This document shows positions 62,978-64,000 of a DNA stretch of 64,000 bases, in pieces; within the stretch, counting starts at the first letter, position 1; each line of letters opens with the position of its first letter. Below the pieces are notes generated by a model that had not been told where the DNA came from, searched no databases, and was given only the letters and a program-made list of their open reading frames with translations. A program made the position numbers and the translations under genes. Source of the DNA: Felis catus (taxonomy: Eukaryota). Where the stretch lies: the NCBI RefSeq assembly GCF_018350175.1, contig NC_058368.1, positions 232,192,001 through 232,256,000 on the forward strand, written 5' to 3'.

Positions 62978-63200
62978 TTTTATTTTTTTACTTATTTTAT
63001 TTATTTATTTTTATTTTTTTAATGTTTATTTTTGAGAGACGGAGGGTGCATGGGGGAGGGGCAAGGAAGACCCGGAATCGGAAGCAGGCTCCAGGCTCTG
63101 AGCAGTCAGCACAGAGCCCGACGCAGGGCTCGAACCCAGGAACCGTGAGATCGTGACCTGAGCTGAGGTTGAACGCTTAACTGAGCCACCCGAGCGCCCC
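62978..63200 (-). mobile_element. CAN-SINE
   Basis: T-rich tail, SINE body, head gagccacccgagcgcccc. Confidence 0.9.
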
Positions 63201-64000
63201 TGGGAGGAGATTTTAAATTATAAGTGAGGTTGTAAATCTAAACGTGTTTAATGTGTTCATCATTAGATTAGGAAACATATTTGCAGTGTGCACAATGTTA
63301 CTGTCTTGTTTGAGGGAAACGTCCATGGCAACCAAAGTCCTTTTCTGGAACACGTAGGCCAATAGCCCCTACCGGTAGAACACGATACATTCGTTGTGTA
63401 CTGGCCTAATCCAGGCGGCTATGCGCGGGCCTCCGTTTCCTTTGCCAGCATCAGGGACCCCAGTGGCTGGGGGCACGTGAGTGCCATAGGCCCTCCACCC
63501 TGCCCTGGCCATTAGGTGCCTCCTGAGGATGAAAGCAAGTCTGAAGTCAGATTTGGCCACACCCAGAAAACTGTGACACAGCCAGTCCTTGCAAATGATG
63601 GAGTCGCAGCTCCCTGTCCCTCAGGCACGCTGACATGGACACACGCGGAGGTTCTCATGAAGCAGATGTGATGCTTCTGGCGACGTTTAGTCGGGCCGGA
63701 GAAACGCAGCCTCTGCTATCAAGGCAGAAGCTACAGGCAAGAGAGCCCCGGCCTCGCTCCCAGGCCGTGCGAGGACAGAGGTGCATACGCAGCGTCAGCT
63801 CGCCCAATCCTGACCTCACTTCCGGCATCAAACGCAAAGTATCCCCAGTAGCCCACGTACTAAGCGTCCCCTCGTGCAGCTGCGGGAGCCGACATGTGCT
63901 GTTTTGCAGCAGCCTCCTCCGAGGCGTGAGCACGAGGGGGACGGTTCTGGTAGTTTTGGAGGCTACCCGTGGGGTCGATGTTCCTGGAGCTGGAAAGGAA

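Noticed and set aside
1..64000. A previously undescribed multi-gene biological system
   Set aside because: The window is explained by four SEMA5A exons, introns and interspersed repeats. No additional credible coding gene or RNA gene was recognisable by eye.

Overview
Mammalian genomic DNA, most likely from a felid, judging by the many SINEC_Fc-type CAN-SINEs and carnivore L1 3' ends. The window is the interior of semaphorin-5A (SEMA5A) on the + strand. Four coding exons (1969-2173, 33438-33645, 52001-52118, 62634-62815) have canonical AG/GT boundaries and join in frame. They encode the end of the Sema domain, the PSI domain and the first thrombospondin type-1 repeat. The rest is three large introns plus flanks, holding about 28 CAN-SINEs, truncated L1s, MaLR/ERV solo LTRs, DNA-transposon relics, MIR/L2 remnants and simple repeats. 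Nearly all ORFs in the supplied track are spurious, and I see no evidence of a novel multi-gene system. The most interesting signals are: a local AT-to-GC substitution burst affecting a SINE and probably the adjacent exon (possible GC-biased gene conversion); a 1.65-kb frame-preserving (ATG/GTG)n array with higher-order duplication just upstream of the PSI exon; a 68-nt near-perfect hairpin of pre-miRNA size; a candidate in-frame 'poison' splice acceptor after the PSI domain; and a 24-kb run in which every SINE is antisense. Repeat family names and orthologue comparisons come from memory of consensus sequences, not from a search.
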